From a virus (Duplodnaviria; Caudoviricetes), in IMG/VR virus record IMGVR_UViG_3300035663_000005, positions 22,728 to 86,727 of that record: a DNA stretch of 64,000 nt, one strand, 5' to 3'. Position numbers and translations under genes: made by a program. This document shows, piece after piece, positions 1 through 10,186 of this stretch; positions within the stretch are counted from its first letter, which is position 1, and each line of letters opens with the position of its first letter. A model generated the notes under the pieces. The model saw only the letters and a program-made list of their open reading frames with translations. It did not search any database and was not told the origin of the DNA.

Positions 1-265
1 TATGTTTTTCAAGAATATTTCCTAATTTTTGTGTTCCATTATTTCCATCCCCAACAAACGCTTGTTCAAAAGAACAAGTTCTGTTAAAAAATCTACTTTT
101 GTCTGCATCAACAACTAACCCTTTCCATCCTAGTTCTTCAAATAAAAGACTGTTACTTTCAGTTTTTAAATCTGCACATCCACCACCAACATCAACAAAA
201 TATCCTTGTTGTTGATTATTTAAAACTAAATTAACAAAATCATCTTGAGACGCTTGAGAATACAT
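1..265 (-). CDS. FkbM-family methyltransferase (3' end outside window)
   Basis: Manual translation MYSQASQDDFV..GYFVDVGGG..SNSLLFEELGWKGLVVDA is a typical FkbM N-terminus. Confidence 0.8.
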   Translation of the reverse strand, partial: MYSQASQDDFVNLVLNNQQQGYFVDVGGGCADLKTESNSLLFEELGWKGLVVDADKSRFFNRTCSFEQAFVGDGNNGTQKLGNILEKH

Positions 266-267
266 TT

Positions 268-1146
268 TTAACTCCTTATTAATTTTGATAGTGAAGAAAT
301 AACGCTTCTTTTGTACGGTTCTGGAATATTCTGAACACACGCATCGTCAATAAGGTGTATGTTGTTTACATCTCCGCCATGTTGATATGCAAAATCTTTA
401 ACTGCCCAAACTTTGTTTGAATCCATGAACATCGTAGACCCCAACCATCTTATACAATGGTCTCCCCACCTTTTGTAAAAGATGTTGTTGGTGTTTTCCA
501 AATATTTGAAATAATTTTGATAATTTTCAGAACGATAGAAATCCATATCAACAATTTCAAAATTTGTATTATAAACTTCTAAATTCCAATCAAAGTTTTT
601 ATTTGTTAGTTTTTTATAATTTTCTTCCATAAACTTTTTGGTAGTTTCCCACAATCCTTCACAAGCCCAAGGAGCATCATATCCTATATTTTCCATATGC
701 GCGTATTGATACTCATTTTCTCTCATGGTAACAAAAGGATCTTTAGTAATTTTTGTTAAAATAAAAGAATCAGAATCCAATCTCATGTACCACTTATATT
801 TTTCTAGAGAAGGATGATTGAAAATTTGACCGCCATAAAAACGGCACATATGTCTGTAACCCATTCTAAACTGATCTAGTGATGGACTGTATAAACTTGG
901 GTCTGAAGAAATTCTTTCTGGCAAAATAAATTCTAGTTTTTCAAACTTTATACTCGGCATAAATCCTAGAGACAAATTTATTTCTGTTAAAAGATTTGTT
1001 ATGTCTATTTTTGTTAAATCATCATAAAAAACTATAACAGGATAATTTGCTTCTCTGTTAAAATTTTTATATAAAAAATTTATACTGTGTTTAAAAACCC
1101 ACAGGTCATTTTTTCGTGTCATGTATACGATTGCAGCATTTTCCAT
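268..1146 (-). CDS. GT15 (Kre2/Mnt1-like) alpha-mannosyltransferase
   Basis: GYRHMCRF, YMRLDSD, NFEI, RWGD motifs of GT15. Confidence 0.85.
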   Translation of the reverse strand: MENAAIVYMTRKNDLWVFKHSINFLYKNFNREANYPVIVFYDDLTKIDITNLLTEINLSLGFMPSIKFEKLEFILPERISSDPSLYSPSLDQFRMGYRHMCRFYGGQIFNHPSLEKYKWYMRLDSDSFILTKITKDPFVTMRENEYQYAHMENIGYDAPWACEGLWETTKKFMEENYKKLTNKNFDWNLEVYNTNFEIVDMDFYRSENYQNYFKYLENTNNIFYKRWGDHCIRWLGSTMFMDSNKVWAVKDFAYQHGGDVNNIHLIDDACVQNIPEPYKRSVISSLSKLIRS

Positions 1147-1164
1147 AATATAATTCCTCGTTTA

Positions 1165-1899
1165 TTATTTCCACCAATCCAACTTATAATCAAACGCATT
1201 TAAATTATTAGGTGTGTCTATAATTGATGGATATTCAGAATAATCTATCTCATCAGTTGAAATTCCTAAAGATTTGTTTATATAACAGCATTCTACAACT
1301 GCTGGAATTTTAGTACCGCCATAATTGGGTATATCATAATTATTCCCATGAATGTGAACTAGGTGATGGGTGTTTTTAATAGAAACAAGAACATCATATA
1401 TTGAGAGTAAATTACGACTTCTATAATACTCATTGTTCAAATGATATTCGACAACCAACATATTCATTTTAGACTTATGCGAATCGCTCATATTTCGCAA
1501 AACTTCCCATTCTCCACCTTCTATATCCATTTTTAGAAAATATGATTCGGTAGGTATAATTGAATCTATATTATTTCCATCAACATTGGTACGATGATAA
1601 TTTAAATTTAAACTTAAATTTTTAGACCCGCCAATAGGAATATCTTTTAATTCTGGCAAATGATTGAAATCTGGTTCTGCATCAAAACATTCAGTTTTTT
1701 TGCCTATACTAGCCAGATGTTTTTCTACATCAATATTACCTCCCGCACCAAAGCATAAACAAAATTTTGTATTTGCTAACACCTCATTAATTATTACATA
1801 ACCACCATCATTTCCGGCTCCTATTCTTCTTTTAGTTCCGGTGCATTTATTTGGTGTTAAAACTTTATGCATCATTTGTATTGCTGAAATATTATTCAT
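1165..1899 (-). CDS. FkbM/Methyltransf_22-like methyltransferase
   Basis: RIG..NDGGY, LKMDIEGGEW, VEYH, HIHGNN motifs. Confidence 0.8.
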   Translation of the reverse strand: MNNISAIQMMHKVLTPNKCTGTKRRIGAGNDGGYVIINEVLANTKFCLCFGAGGNIDVEKHLASIGKKTECFDAEPDFNHLPELKDIPIGGSKNLSLNLNYHRTNVDGNNIDSIIPTESYFLKMDIEGGEWEVLRNMSDSHKSKMNMLVVEYHLNNEYYRSRNLLSIYDVLVSIKNTHHLVHIHGNNYDIPNYGGTKIPAVVECCYINKSLGISTDEIDYSEYPSIIDTPNNLNAFDYKLDWWK

Positions 1900-1902
1900 A
1901 AT

Positions 1903-2862
1903 TTATTCCCCCCAATTCAACCAATCGGGGCCACCTGCTCTATATCTATTCAAACCAAAAGTGATTCTTTCTAGACGACTGTAACGATGTTGAAGATTTC
2001 CATCAACCAAGTTCATAATCTTCTCGGGAATTTCCTTGTTGGGCAAAGCACTCATGTTGCGTATCCAAGCATTGTGCTGATAGGTGATATCGCTCACCGC
2101 CCAAACCTTGCTTGGGTCTAACAACATCTTTACACCTAGCCAATGGATTGGAGCATCGCCCCATCTCTTATAGAAGATGTTGCCTGTCTGATCCAACTGG
2201 TCAAAGTATGCCATATACTTTTCGCTTCTAAAGAAAGAGAACTTGGCAATTTCAAAGTTTGTGTAGAACAACCGACAACTCCACTTTCCGTCAACCATGC
2301 TGTCTTCAAGGTCTTTAGTCATCGGAATGTTGTGAGCCTTCATAAATCGCTCAGTTTCATCCCAAAGTCCTTCAGCAACGCTTGGAACTTCTCCATCTTC
2401 GGTTGCCATGAAAGCATATTCTTTATCATTCTTTGCCATGTATTCAAATGGATCGTAATTGATTGGCGAATAGATGTAAGAATCAGAATCCAATCTCCAA
2501 TAGTAATCATACTTCAGCAGGCGAGGATCGCGGTAAATACCACCTGAATGATAACGGCACATGTGGCGATATCCCATCCAAGCCTGATCCAAAGGAACAG
2601 TATACTTTGCTGGATCTTCCGAAACCCATTCGGGCATTACGAAATCCAAATGTTCAAACTTCAAATTTGGAATGAATCCCAAGTTCTTGTGAAGTTCAAC
2701 CATTAGATTGGAAATAGTTCCCTTGTCTATATCGTCGTGGAAAACAACGATTGGATATTCTTGAATATGCTTGAAATTCCATCCAAGCATACTAAGACTG
2801 CGATACAAAAGAGGAACATCCCTCATGCGTGACATATAAATTATTGCAGCATTTTCTGCCAT
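1903..2862 (-). CDS. GT15 mannosyltransferase, paralog of 268..1146
   Basis: GYRHMCRY, YYWRLDSD, TNFEI, RWGDAPI; shared ENAAI.YM N-terminus. Confidence 0.85.
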   Translation of the reverse strand: MAENAAIIYMSRMRDVPLLYRSLSMLGWNFKHIQEYPIVVFHDDIDKGTISNLMVELHKNLGFIPNLKFEHLDFVMPEWVSEDPAKYTVPLDQAWMGYRHMCRYHSGGIYRDPRLLKYDYYWRLDSDSYIYSPINYDPFEYMAKNDKEYAFMATEDGEVPSVAEGLWDETERFMKAHNIPMTKDLEDSMVDGKWSCRLFYTNFEIAKFSFFRSEKYMAYFDQLDQTGNIFYKRWGDAPIHWLGVKMLLDPSKVWAVSDITYQHNAWIRNMSALPNKEIPEKIMNLVDGNLQHRYSRLERITFGLNRYRAGGPDWLNWGE

Positions 2863-2863
2863 C

Positions 2864-3649
2864 TTATTTCCTCATGTTGAAAAGTTTTTCGTAGGTCAAT
2901 TTCACACCTGCTTCAAGACCATAAATATTTATTTCTGGTAGATTACTTTCCCCGCAGTAAAACTCCAAGTTTGTTGGATTTTGAACAATGATAGGAACAG
3001 TATGATGTCCCATAAAATTTATGAGTCTGGCTATGTTCTTCAGAGTGTGTTTTTGTTCATAGGAGCAGTTAACTTCTTTGCTTGGATTTAAGTCGTTGAT
3101 GTAGAATTCCACCAACGATATCAAATCTTTCATGTAGAAAAAATCCATGATTCTATTGGTGTGTATCTGTATTGATTCGTGATTCAAGTAACGACTTATA
3201 CTTGCTCGTATGAAACGAGTTTCAAGTTCATTTTCATCAAACACTCCAAATATTCTTATGTTGTAAAACTGCTCGGTGTCTTGTATAGACTTTGCTATTT
3301 CTGTTTTGCTTAGGCTGTATTGGGTTTGATGAAAGAATTCCGCACCAGACCCAAAGTGTATTAGTCTTCCAAACCTACCTCTGTTTGCAAGCATATTACG
3401 ATACATTTTCAGGTTTTGATCTCGGACATGATGATTATCTGATTTAAGCCTACTACCACCAGTTGCAGCCGCGTGAATAACCACATCAAAAATTTTACCT
3501 GAAAACCAGTTGTTTAGCGCATCAGTATCAGAAAGATCAAAATCTGTTCTAGAAATAGTGGTGACATTATACCACGAACAAAGTTCACGATTTAGGCTCT
3601 TAGCAATATAACCATTTCCTCCGGTTATCAAAATACTTGGTTTTTTCAT
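2864..3649 (-). CDS. NAD-dependent epimerase/dehydratase/reductase
   Basis: ITGGNGYIA Rossmann motif, YSLSK catalytic motif. Confidence 0.85.
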   Translation of the reverse strand: MKKPSILITGGNGYIAKSLNRELCSWYNVTTISRTDFDLSDTDALNNWFSGKIFDVVIHAAATGGSRLKSDNHHVRDQNLKMYRNMLANRGRFGRLIHFGSGAEFFHQTQYSLSKTEIAKSIQDTEQFYNIRIFGVFDENELETRFIRASISRYLNHESIQIHTNRIMDFFYMKDLISLVEFYINDLNPSKEVNCSYEQKHTLKNIARLINFMGHHTVPIIVQNPTNLEFYCGESNLPEINIYGLEAGVKLTYEKLFNMRK

Positions 3650-4122
3650 TTTCGGAGATTTAAATAAGTTGGTTGAGGATTCATTAAAATTTCAGCAAAT
3701 TGTTGTACCATATCTTCTACAGTTTCAGGATGCAAAACTCGCAAATTTTCTAGAGTTCTCATTATTCTTTTGTCATCTTCAGCCCAATGAGAAAATCCCA
3801 AGTATCCGTAATCTTTGCCCCTGCCACCACCAATAATATTTACAGGAATATTTTCATGGCTTAGATAATTTCGTATCATCTCAAAAGGTCTGTAGATTGC
3901 AAACGGGCTAATGGAGTATACTAACGGAATCTTTCCATCCATAGCCAGCCCTATAGCCATACCCATCATAGCCATTTCGGACGATCCAACATTATAAAAC
4001 CTGTCCTTGTAATCATCTCGGATTTTGTCCCACAACCCGTAACCCAAATCTCCTGTTATCAGGTAAATTTTTGAGTTTGCTGCCATCGCACCATGAAGAA
4101 GTTCAGCAAATTGCTTTCTCAT
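3646..4122 (-). CDS. Transketolase-like, pyrimidine-binding subunit
   Basis: TGDLG, NVGSSEMAM, RPFE, SH motifs. Confidence 0.85.
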   Translation of the reverse strand: MRKQFAELLHGAMAANSKIYLITGDLGYGLWDKIRDDYKDRFYNVGSSEMAMMGMAIGLAMDGKIPLVYSISPFAIYRPFEMIRNYLSHENIPVNIIGGGRGKDYGYLGFSHWAEDDKRIMRTLENLRVLHPETVEDMVQQFAEILMNPQPTYLNLRK

Positions 4123-4739
4123 TTTAACATCTCCAATGCTTGCTTGTAATCGGATTCTTTCATAACATGATAGTGTGCATTCAGTCCCTTCAGAAAGGGA
4201 AACTGTTCAACTGTGGTATAGTGTATCTTAACTTCTGGAAGGAATGCTTTCAACCTCTCTGTTAGGTATTGCTGATCCACCTCCATGTAAGCAGCATAAC
4301 CATTCACATTAACATGAACCTCAATATTTTTAATGTTCTGCTCACGAATTGTTTTCAAAGCCTCCCACACGCTACCCTCGGCACACTCTCCATCACTCAC
4401 AAGAACCCAAACCTTTCTCTTTGGATTGGCTACGGCTCTTCCTAATGCAATTGTGATGCCCAAGCCAAGACTTCCCGTTGAGCAGTAGATTTGATTAGCC
4501 TCGTCACGATGTGGATGTCCACCGTGCTTCAAAAACATCTCTTCGGCATTTATACCACGGTGCTTCTGTAGGCAAGCATATAAAGCAACGGCAGCATGTC
4601 CCGAAGACAAGATGAAAATGTCATCCTTGCCCATGTTGCCATACATTTGATCTATAATATCAACAGATGAGAAGTAACTACCTAAATGACCTAGTTTATG
4701 CTTAAATGCTATATCCAATATGATTTTCTTCAGATTCAT
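4119..4739 (-). CDS. Transketolase-like, TPP-binding subunit
   Basis: GHLGS, LSSGH, GHP, STGSLGLG, SDGEC.EG..WEA. Confidence 0.85.
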   Translation of the reverse strand: MNLKKIILDIAFKHKLGHLGSYFSSVDIIDQMYGNMGKDDIFILSSGHAAVALYACLQKHRGINAEEMFLKHGGHPHRDEANQIYCSTGSLGLGITIALGRAVANPKRKVWVLVSDGECAEGSVWEALKTIREQNIKNIEVHVNVNGYAAYMEVDQQYLTERLKAFLPEVKIHYTTVEQFPFLKGLNAHYHVMKESDYKQALEMLK

Positions 4740-4743
4740 ATTA

Positions 4744-5694
4744 TTACCAAATAAAATTATTACTGTAGTATTTGACTATTCTAGGAAGTTCTTCATCAAA
4801 CTTTTTGACAGGATTCCATCCTAGTTTTCTAAGTTTAGAATCATCTAGAGCGTATCGGACATCTTGTCCAGGTCTGCTATAAGAAAAGTCTATGTAATCC
4901 GAATATTGGTCTTCTCTAATACCCAAACCCTGTAAAATCTTCGCAACAGTTTCCATATTTGATTGTTCAAATCCGCCGCAAATATTGTATATTTCATTCT
5001 TGGTTTCTGATTCAATTATGGTGATGATGGCTCTAGCAGTATCTTCAGCATGTAACCAATTTCGTATTGGAGTTCCATTGTTGTGTAGAGGAATCTTTCT
5101 TCCCAAATGCAAATACTTACAAACCTTAGGTATAAGTTTTTCAACATACTGACCTATACCATAATTATTCGTAGGTCTAACTATTACATACGGAATCTTG
5201 TAAGTTCTTGCCCAAGCCAACACCAACATGTCGGCGGCCGCTTTAGTGGCTGAGTATGGATTTGATGGCTTAAGTAAATCTTGTTCAGTATGTGCACCAT
5301 CTGCAATATCTCCGTAAACTTCATCTGTGCTGAAGTGTAAAAAGGTCGGAGTTTTTCCATTCTCTTGCCGATAGTTCTTAATCAACTCAAGTATGTTGTG
5401 AACTCCATTGATGTTTGAACTTACAAAATCATCACTATTGCTTATGGAATTCCCAACATGAGTTTCTGCGGCGATGTTTATAATGTAGTCGCAGTCATAA
5501 AGAAACTTAAGATCATTAATGTCAGATTGAACGAACGAAAAATTTGGATATTCCAAAAATTCTGTTAAAAGATCATCGTTAGCAGCGTAAGTGATTTTAT
5601 CAACTCCTTTAACCCACCATCCCTTCTCTAGGCATAGTCTAGTCACATAAGAACCTATAAATCCTAAGCATCCTGTTACATAAACAACTTTCAT
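4744..5694 (-). CDS. rfbB: dTDP/NDP-glucose 4,6-dehydratase
   Basis: TGCLGFIG, AAETHV, STDEVYG, PYSATKA, NNYG..Q..EKLIP, RPGQD.RY. Confidence 0.9.
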   Translation of the reverse strand: MKVVYVTGCLGFIGSYVTRLCLEKGWWVKGVDKITYAANDDLLTEFLEYPNFSFVQSDINDLKFLYDCDYIINIAAETHVGNSISNSDDFVSSNINGVHNILELIKNYRQENGKTPTFLHFSTDEVYGDIADGAHTEQDLLKPSNPYSATKAAADMLVLAWARTYKIPYVIVRPTNNYGIGQYVEKLIPKVCKYLHLGRKIPLHNNGTPIRNWLHAEDTARAIITIIESETKNEIYNICGGFEQSNMETVAKILQGLGIREDQYSDYIDFSYSRPGQDVRYALDDSKLRKLGWNPVKKFDEELPRIVKYYSNNFIW

Positions 5695-5725
5695 ATTTGC
5701 CTCAATTCTACTTCTGTCATATGAT

Positions 5726-7063
5726 TTATTGATTAATAATAGACAAACGAACTCTTTTTTTAGTCATAAAGTCATTCAAAGTTGATTCAATGTAATCTAA
5801 TTGTTCATCTGTTATGACTGGACTGGTTCCCAAGAAGAAGGTATCGGTTGTAACCTTTCTTGCATTAGGATAATCTTTAACTACTCGCTCGGTATCCATC
5901 AGCCCTTCATACGCAGGCTGCAACATGATGTTGCCTGCAAAATACGGTCTAGTTTGAATCTTATTCTCTTCAAAGTAGTCAACAATATCCTTACGCTTGA
6001 ATGGACATCCATCTTTCAAGGTTACTGCAAATGCAAACCAAGCAGGATCAGAATTTTCGGTTGCTTTTGGAATGATGAAATGCTCTTCATACTTGGAGAA
6101 CATTTTGCACAGTCTAGCATGGTTATGCTTTCGTATTTCAATAATCTTGGGTAATCTCTTAACCTGAACAAGACCCATAGCAGCCTGTTGATCTGTAGGC
6201 TTCAGATTATAGCCTATCTCATCGTACACATATTTGTGGTCAAAAATCTCATTCGGTAGAGCAGGAAGCCAATTTGAAAATCTCTTCTTGCAACTGCCGT
6301 TCTTCAGGAAATTCGCCTGCTTTCCTACGCAATAGCAACCTCTTCCCCACTCACGGAAACTTCTAGCAACAATCTCTTGTTCCTTGGTGCGAGTTGCAAC
6401 AAACCCACCTTCTCCCATAGTAATATGATGAGCAGGATAGAATGAACATGAAGCAAACTCACCAAAACTACCTAGAGATTTTCCTCCATAGGTTGATCCT
6501 AAAGCATCACAACAGTCTTCAAGTAAAACAAGATTGTATCGGTTAACAATCTCCATCAATCTATCCATGTTTGGAGGATTACCTAGAACATGAGCAAAAG
6601 TTATGATACGACACCCCTCCTTTGCTCGTTGTTCAACCTGATTCAAATTCAGATTCAAAGTATCCAAATCTATATCAACAAACACTGGCTCAAACCCGAC
6701 TTGAAAAATTGGATTTATTGTAGTTGGGAATCCCGCGATGGGGGTTATTACTTTGGTTCCTTTTGGAAAATTGTTCAAACGCTTAGAGGTCATACACGAC
6801 ATCATTATCAAGTTTGAACTGCTTCCGCTGTTAGTTAAGATACCGTACTCTTTGCCCATCAGATTAGGGAACTGATGCTCAAAGCGAATACCGTTTGATC
6901 CTAAAACCAACCAGCCCTCAAGCAGAGTCTTTACCGATTCGGTGTATTCCTCCGTACCAAAATAAGGCCCTGCGTACTGAACCCAATCAACACCAGCCTT
7001 CCATTTCTTAGAAACTTGCTTTTCCTTAATGAAGTCTTCAACTGCTTTGAGTATGTGTTCCAT
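5726..7063 (-). CDS. rfbH: CDP-4-keto-6-deoxyglucose 3-dehydratase (E1, RfbH/DdhC)
   Basis: NSGSSSNL, EDCCDALG, SFYPAHHITMGEGG (His in place of the PLP Lys), WGRGCYC...C, DHKY. Confidence 0.9.
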   Translation of the reverse strand: MEHILKAVEDFIKEKQVSKKWKAGVDWVQYAGPYFGTEEYTESVKTLLEGWLVLGSNGIRFEHQFPNLMGKEYGILTNSGSSSNLIMMSCMTSKRLNNFPKGTKVITPIAGFPTTINPIFQVGFEPVFVDIDLDTLNLNLNQVEQRAKEGCRIITFAHVLGNPPNMDRLMEIVNRYNLVLLEDCCDALGSTYGGKSLGSFGEFASCSFYPAHHITMGEGGFVATRTKEQEIVARSFREWGRGCYCVGKQANFLKNGSCKKRFSNWLPALPNEIFDHKYVYDEIGYNLKPTDQQAAMGLVQVKRLPKIIEIRKHNHARLCKMFSKYEEHFIIPKATENSDPAWFAFAVTLKDGCPFKRKDIVDYFEENKIQTRPYFAGNIMLQPAYEGLMDTERVVKDYPNARKVTTDTFFLGTSPVITDEQLDYIESTLNDFMTKKRVRLSIINQ

Positions 7064-7069
7064 AATGTA

Positions 7070-8632
7070 TTAGTGTATTCCAAATCCCCAATCATTCAAG
7101 TTGGGAATACTATATTTTGCCACACTTTCTTTGATAAACTTATACTTATAGTTAGTAGTTAAATCTTGATCTTTGTAAATATCAGAACGAACTTTTAATG
7201 GAAAAGAGAATTCTACAGGTTGCCAAGAAAAATTGTTAACAGATTTGTCGTACTCAGTATAATCAATAACATCTGCATTGAATCTATTCTTGTTAACATA
7301 GTCTTCAATTTTCCAGTAGTATTGCTTGACGGCAACAGCCTTTTTATCAATCCATTGCAAATGAGAAATGAAGATGTTTGGAACCTGAATTGATAACTGA
7401 TTCTTTGGTACAGGAATATGCTCAGAATGCATTTGACGATTCTTAAAAACTGCTCTATTTGAATAGGAGCCTATACGATCAACCCAGTGTACTTGCCACT
7501 TTCCGTCTGTTCGTATTTGATTTTTGCCTACATATTGAATCCATTGGGTATAGAACAAAGTATCCTTATGGGCTTCAAGTATTCCTTTCAACTGCTCTTT
7601 TTTAATGTTGCCATCTATGTACTCATCTGAATCCAAGCAAATTATCTTGCTAGAGTATTTAAATGCTTCATCAAATAACATCTGTCTGGCATCAGACTCT
7701 ATTGCCAACTTATCGTTGTCCCTGTCTATTTTTAAAATACTAACAATGTTATACTTGTTTGCATTTTCTTTTAGATACTGGTAAGTTCCGTCTGTACAAC
7801 TATCCAATAAGAACACAAAAGCATCAGCATACTCCTTCCACACAGGAAGCATTTCTTTCAACAAGAACAGTTCATCTCTAGTTCTAGTAATTTGCACTAT
7901 CCAGCCATCATTAACCTTTGGTTCAATACTTTTAAAGCCATTTGCTTTTCGTGTTTCATAAATTGCTTGGTCAACACTCGCACCCACTCGCATATTATGC
8001 TGCATCAATTCGTCTTGGTTTTCTGCCCACTTATGAACTATGGGGCGACGGTTAATGTGTCGTAGAACACCCATCTGTTCAAACACTTCAGTCTGCTCGT
8101 TGTCACACCATTCAGACTTGTAATCTGGATGGTAGATGTATCCAAAGTGCTCGTACAGTTTTCTCCCAATAACAGGTAGAGTGATTAGAGTCTTAAATCC
8201 GTCTGCTCCCTTTTGCTCTAGACGAGGATCATTGTTATAATTCAAAGATCCATTGGTATCGGGAAATTCTTTAGCCATATCTTCGGCTATGATATCGTCC
8301 CAACCATTTTCAACAGGCTCCATATCATCTGCTGTAGAAATCAAAATATCCCAAGGAGTGCTTGGAATATTTCGGTTTATTGCAGATATCTTCCCATTCT
8401 TCTCCCCGTAGAAATAAAGAACCGAGCACATATCAGTCTTAGGTAAGTTGTCCAAAAAGTGCTTGATTCTAGGATTGTTTAGGAGTAGATCATCAGAATC
8501 CATGCTGATTACATAAGTGATCTTATGCTTACCTGATGCCTTTTCCATATAGGCACGAAGGTTGTTCATAAACTTACCTGGTCTCTGACGAGTTGGGTAC
8601 TTTAAAAGAAGATGCTTCTTATCGCTTTGCAT
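7070..8632 (-). CDS. Two-domain GT-A/GT2 glycosyltransferase
   Basis: N-half paralogous to 9217..9906 (PTR.RP, ADDM, WCDNE); C-half has LDSCTDGT and CLDSDE. Confidence 0.75.
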   Translation of the reverse strand: MQSDKKHLLLKYPTRQRPGKFMNNLRAYMEKASGKHKITYVISMDSDDLLLNNPRIKHFLDNLPKTDMCSVLYFYGEKNGKISAINRNIPSTPWDILISTADDMEPVENGWDDIIAEDMAKEFPDTNGSLNYNNDPRLEQKGADGFKTLITLPVIGRKLYEHFGYIYHPDYKSEWCDNEQTEVFEQMGVLRHINRRPIVHKWAENQDELMQHNMRVGASVDQAIYETRKANGFKSIEPKVNDGWIVQITRTRDELFLLKEMLPVWKEYADAFVFLLDSCTDGTYQYLKENANKYNIVSILKIDRDNDKLAIESDARQMLFDEAFKYSSKIICLDSDEYIDGNIKKEQLKGILEAHKDTLFYTQWIQYVGKNQIRTDGKWQVHWVDRIGSYSNRAVFKNRQMHSEHIPVPKNQLSIQVPNIFISHLQWIDKKAVAVKQYYWKIEDYVNKNRFNADVIDYTEYDKSVNNFSWQPVEFSFPLKVRSDIYKDQDLTTNYKYKFIKESVAKYSIPNLNDWGFGIH

Positions 8633-9233
8633 ATTGTATACTTTCCGATGTTCTGTCATCATATTGATAGTAGTGAAGCACTTTATCTAGGTGAGTTTCG
8701 CTTGTAACAAACGGATACATTCGTGAACACCAATCAATATCCTCTCCGTATGAAACTGCTCGGAACGGAATGTTTTTGGCAATCTTGCTTGCCCACACGC
8801 ACATATGATATGGAGGACGCTTAATATCTCCTAGTGTTCCATCAGGATTGTGCTTAAGTCCTTCGTGAGGATTTCCCATACGGAAATCAACCTTGAACTC
8901 CTTACCATTTACCGTGCAATGCTGTTCAAAGGTAATCACATCCGCAGGGTTATTTCTCAAGGTTTCAATTAAAGTTGAGATATAATCTTCAGATACGGCA
9001 TCATCATCATCCAAGAAAGCAACCCACTTACCTCTAGCAGATTGAATCAAAGCCTGACGCTTTTCTCCGATGCTCATGCTCTTATTGTCTACAAGAGTTA
9101 AAACCTCAACGCAGGTCTCATTTCCAATTTGTTCCAACAAACGATTGTAAGTTGGAATCAGACACTTCTCAAGACGAGAAGGAATAGAAAGAATCAGAAC
9201 ACTTAGTAAAATTTGATTAGGAGGCGTTGGCAT
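8619..9233 (-). CDS. GT2 glycosyltransferase
   Basis: SIGEKR, ARGKWVAFLDDDD, GED..W. Confidence 0.85.
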   Translation of the reverse strand: MPTPPNQILLSVLILSIPSRLEKCLIPTYNRLLEQIGNETCVEVLTLVDNKSMSIGEKRQALIQSARGKWVAFLDDDDAVSEDYISTLIETLRNNPADVITFEQHCTVNGKEFKVDFRMGNPHEGLKHNPDGTLGDIKRPPYHMCVWASKIAKNIPFRAVSYGEDIDWCSRMYPFVTSETHLDKVLHYYQYDDRTSESIQYAKR

Positions 9234-9906
9234 CTTGAGTTAAACCGAAACCGGCTTCCTTTCTTCTATTATAAACTGCGTTATCATGGGCGTACAGTTC
9301 TCGGTTCTCGTTACGCATATACAACGCATCTATTCCAATCTCTATCCAAAAGTGGCGAATGATAACGCGGTCAATATAAGTTGCTTTTCTTAGAATTCTG
9401 CTGACATCAGTAAACTCATTGTCAGGAAACACACTGATGTATTCAGGATTGTAGATATAACCAAATCTTTCAAAATACTTCTTACCAAAGATGCAAAGAG
9501 TATTTAATCTCTCGCCCTGCTTGCCGTCATTGTAATGTAGAACACCATCACCATCAGGATAGTAGGTCTGCATATCCTGCATGATAATATCATCGTATCC
9601 ATGAATCTGAGGAATCATATCGTCTGATGCAAGCAACATTACATCATAATCGCCTGCGTGTTCTAAATCAGCATTAATGGCTTCTATCTTGGTTTTTGAA
9701 TTGCCCCAAAATGCTTTAACCAAATCGCCTTGCTTGGCAATCCAGTTACGCATACCAGGATTGTTCATAGTGACATCATCAAGATCAAACGAGCATAAAA
9801 ACCTAACATCGTGCTTACCGGATGCCATATTCTTATAGAGATTAAATACCTCCATGAACTTAGCCGGACGCGATCTGCTTGGTAACTTAATCAGAAGTTT
9901 CGCCAT
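9217..9906 (-). CDS. GT2-like glycosyltransferase
   Basis: PSRSRP, KIEAIN, ASDDM, PDNE. Confidence 0.75.
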   Translation of the reverse strand: MAKLLIKLPSRSRPAKFMEVFNLYKNMASGKHDVRFLCSFDLDDVTMNNPGMRNWIAKQGDLVKAFWGNSKTKIEAINADLEHAGDYDVMLLASDDMIPQIHGYDDIIMQDMQTYYPDGDGVLHYNDGKQGERLNTLCIFGKKYFERFGYIYNPEYISVFPDNEFTDVSRILRKATYIDRVIIRHFWIEIGIDALYMRNENRELYAHDNAVYNRRKEAGFGLTQDANAS

Positions 9907-10186
9907 GTAGTTCCGCCTCTTCTTTAAACTCTTCTATAGTACAACGATTTACAAGCACAGGAGTTCCTTCTCCAAGATACCCACCAAGTGTATTCACTTC
10001 CAACCACTCGTAAGCATCAACCACATCCATACCCTGTGCCACTAAAATGTCTAGACACTTTTCGTAATCATAGACAGCCACAGGCATGGTCTGCCCAAAC
10101 TTACGCAGGTTGCCTAAGAACGCGGCTTCAAACTCAGGATAGACGATTATCTCATCATTCCGCTTCAACGGTTTCCGAGGTTTCAT
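9887..10186 (-). CDS. Conserved phage hypothetical protein
   Basis: FEAAFLG..AVYDYEK..A.EW...NT.G.Y.GE.TP pattern common in phages. Confidence 0.6.
   Translation of the reverse strand: MKPRKPLKRNDEIIVYPEFEAAFLGNLRKFGQTMPVAVYDYEKCLDILVAQGMDVVDAYEWLEVNTLGGYLGEGTPVLVNRCTIEEFKEEAELHGETSD

Noticed and set aside
1-9906. Bacterial chromosomal O-antigen locus
   Set aside because: Contiguous and co-oriented with T4-like replication genes; no wzx, wzy or ABC exporter
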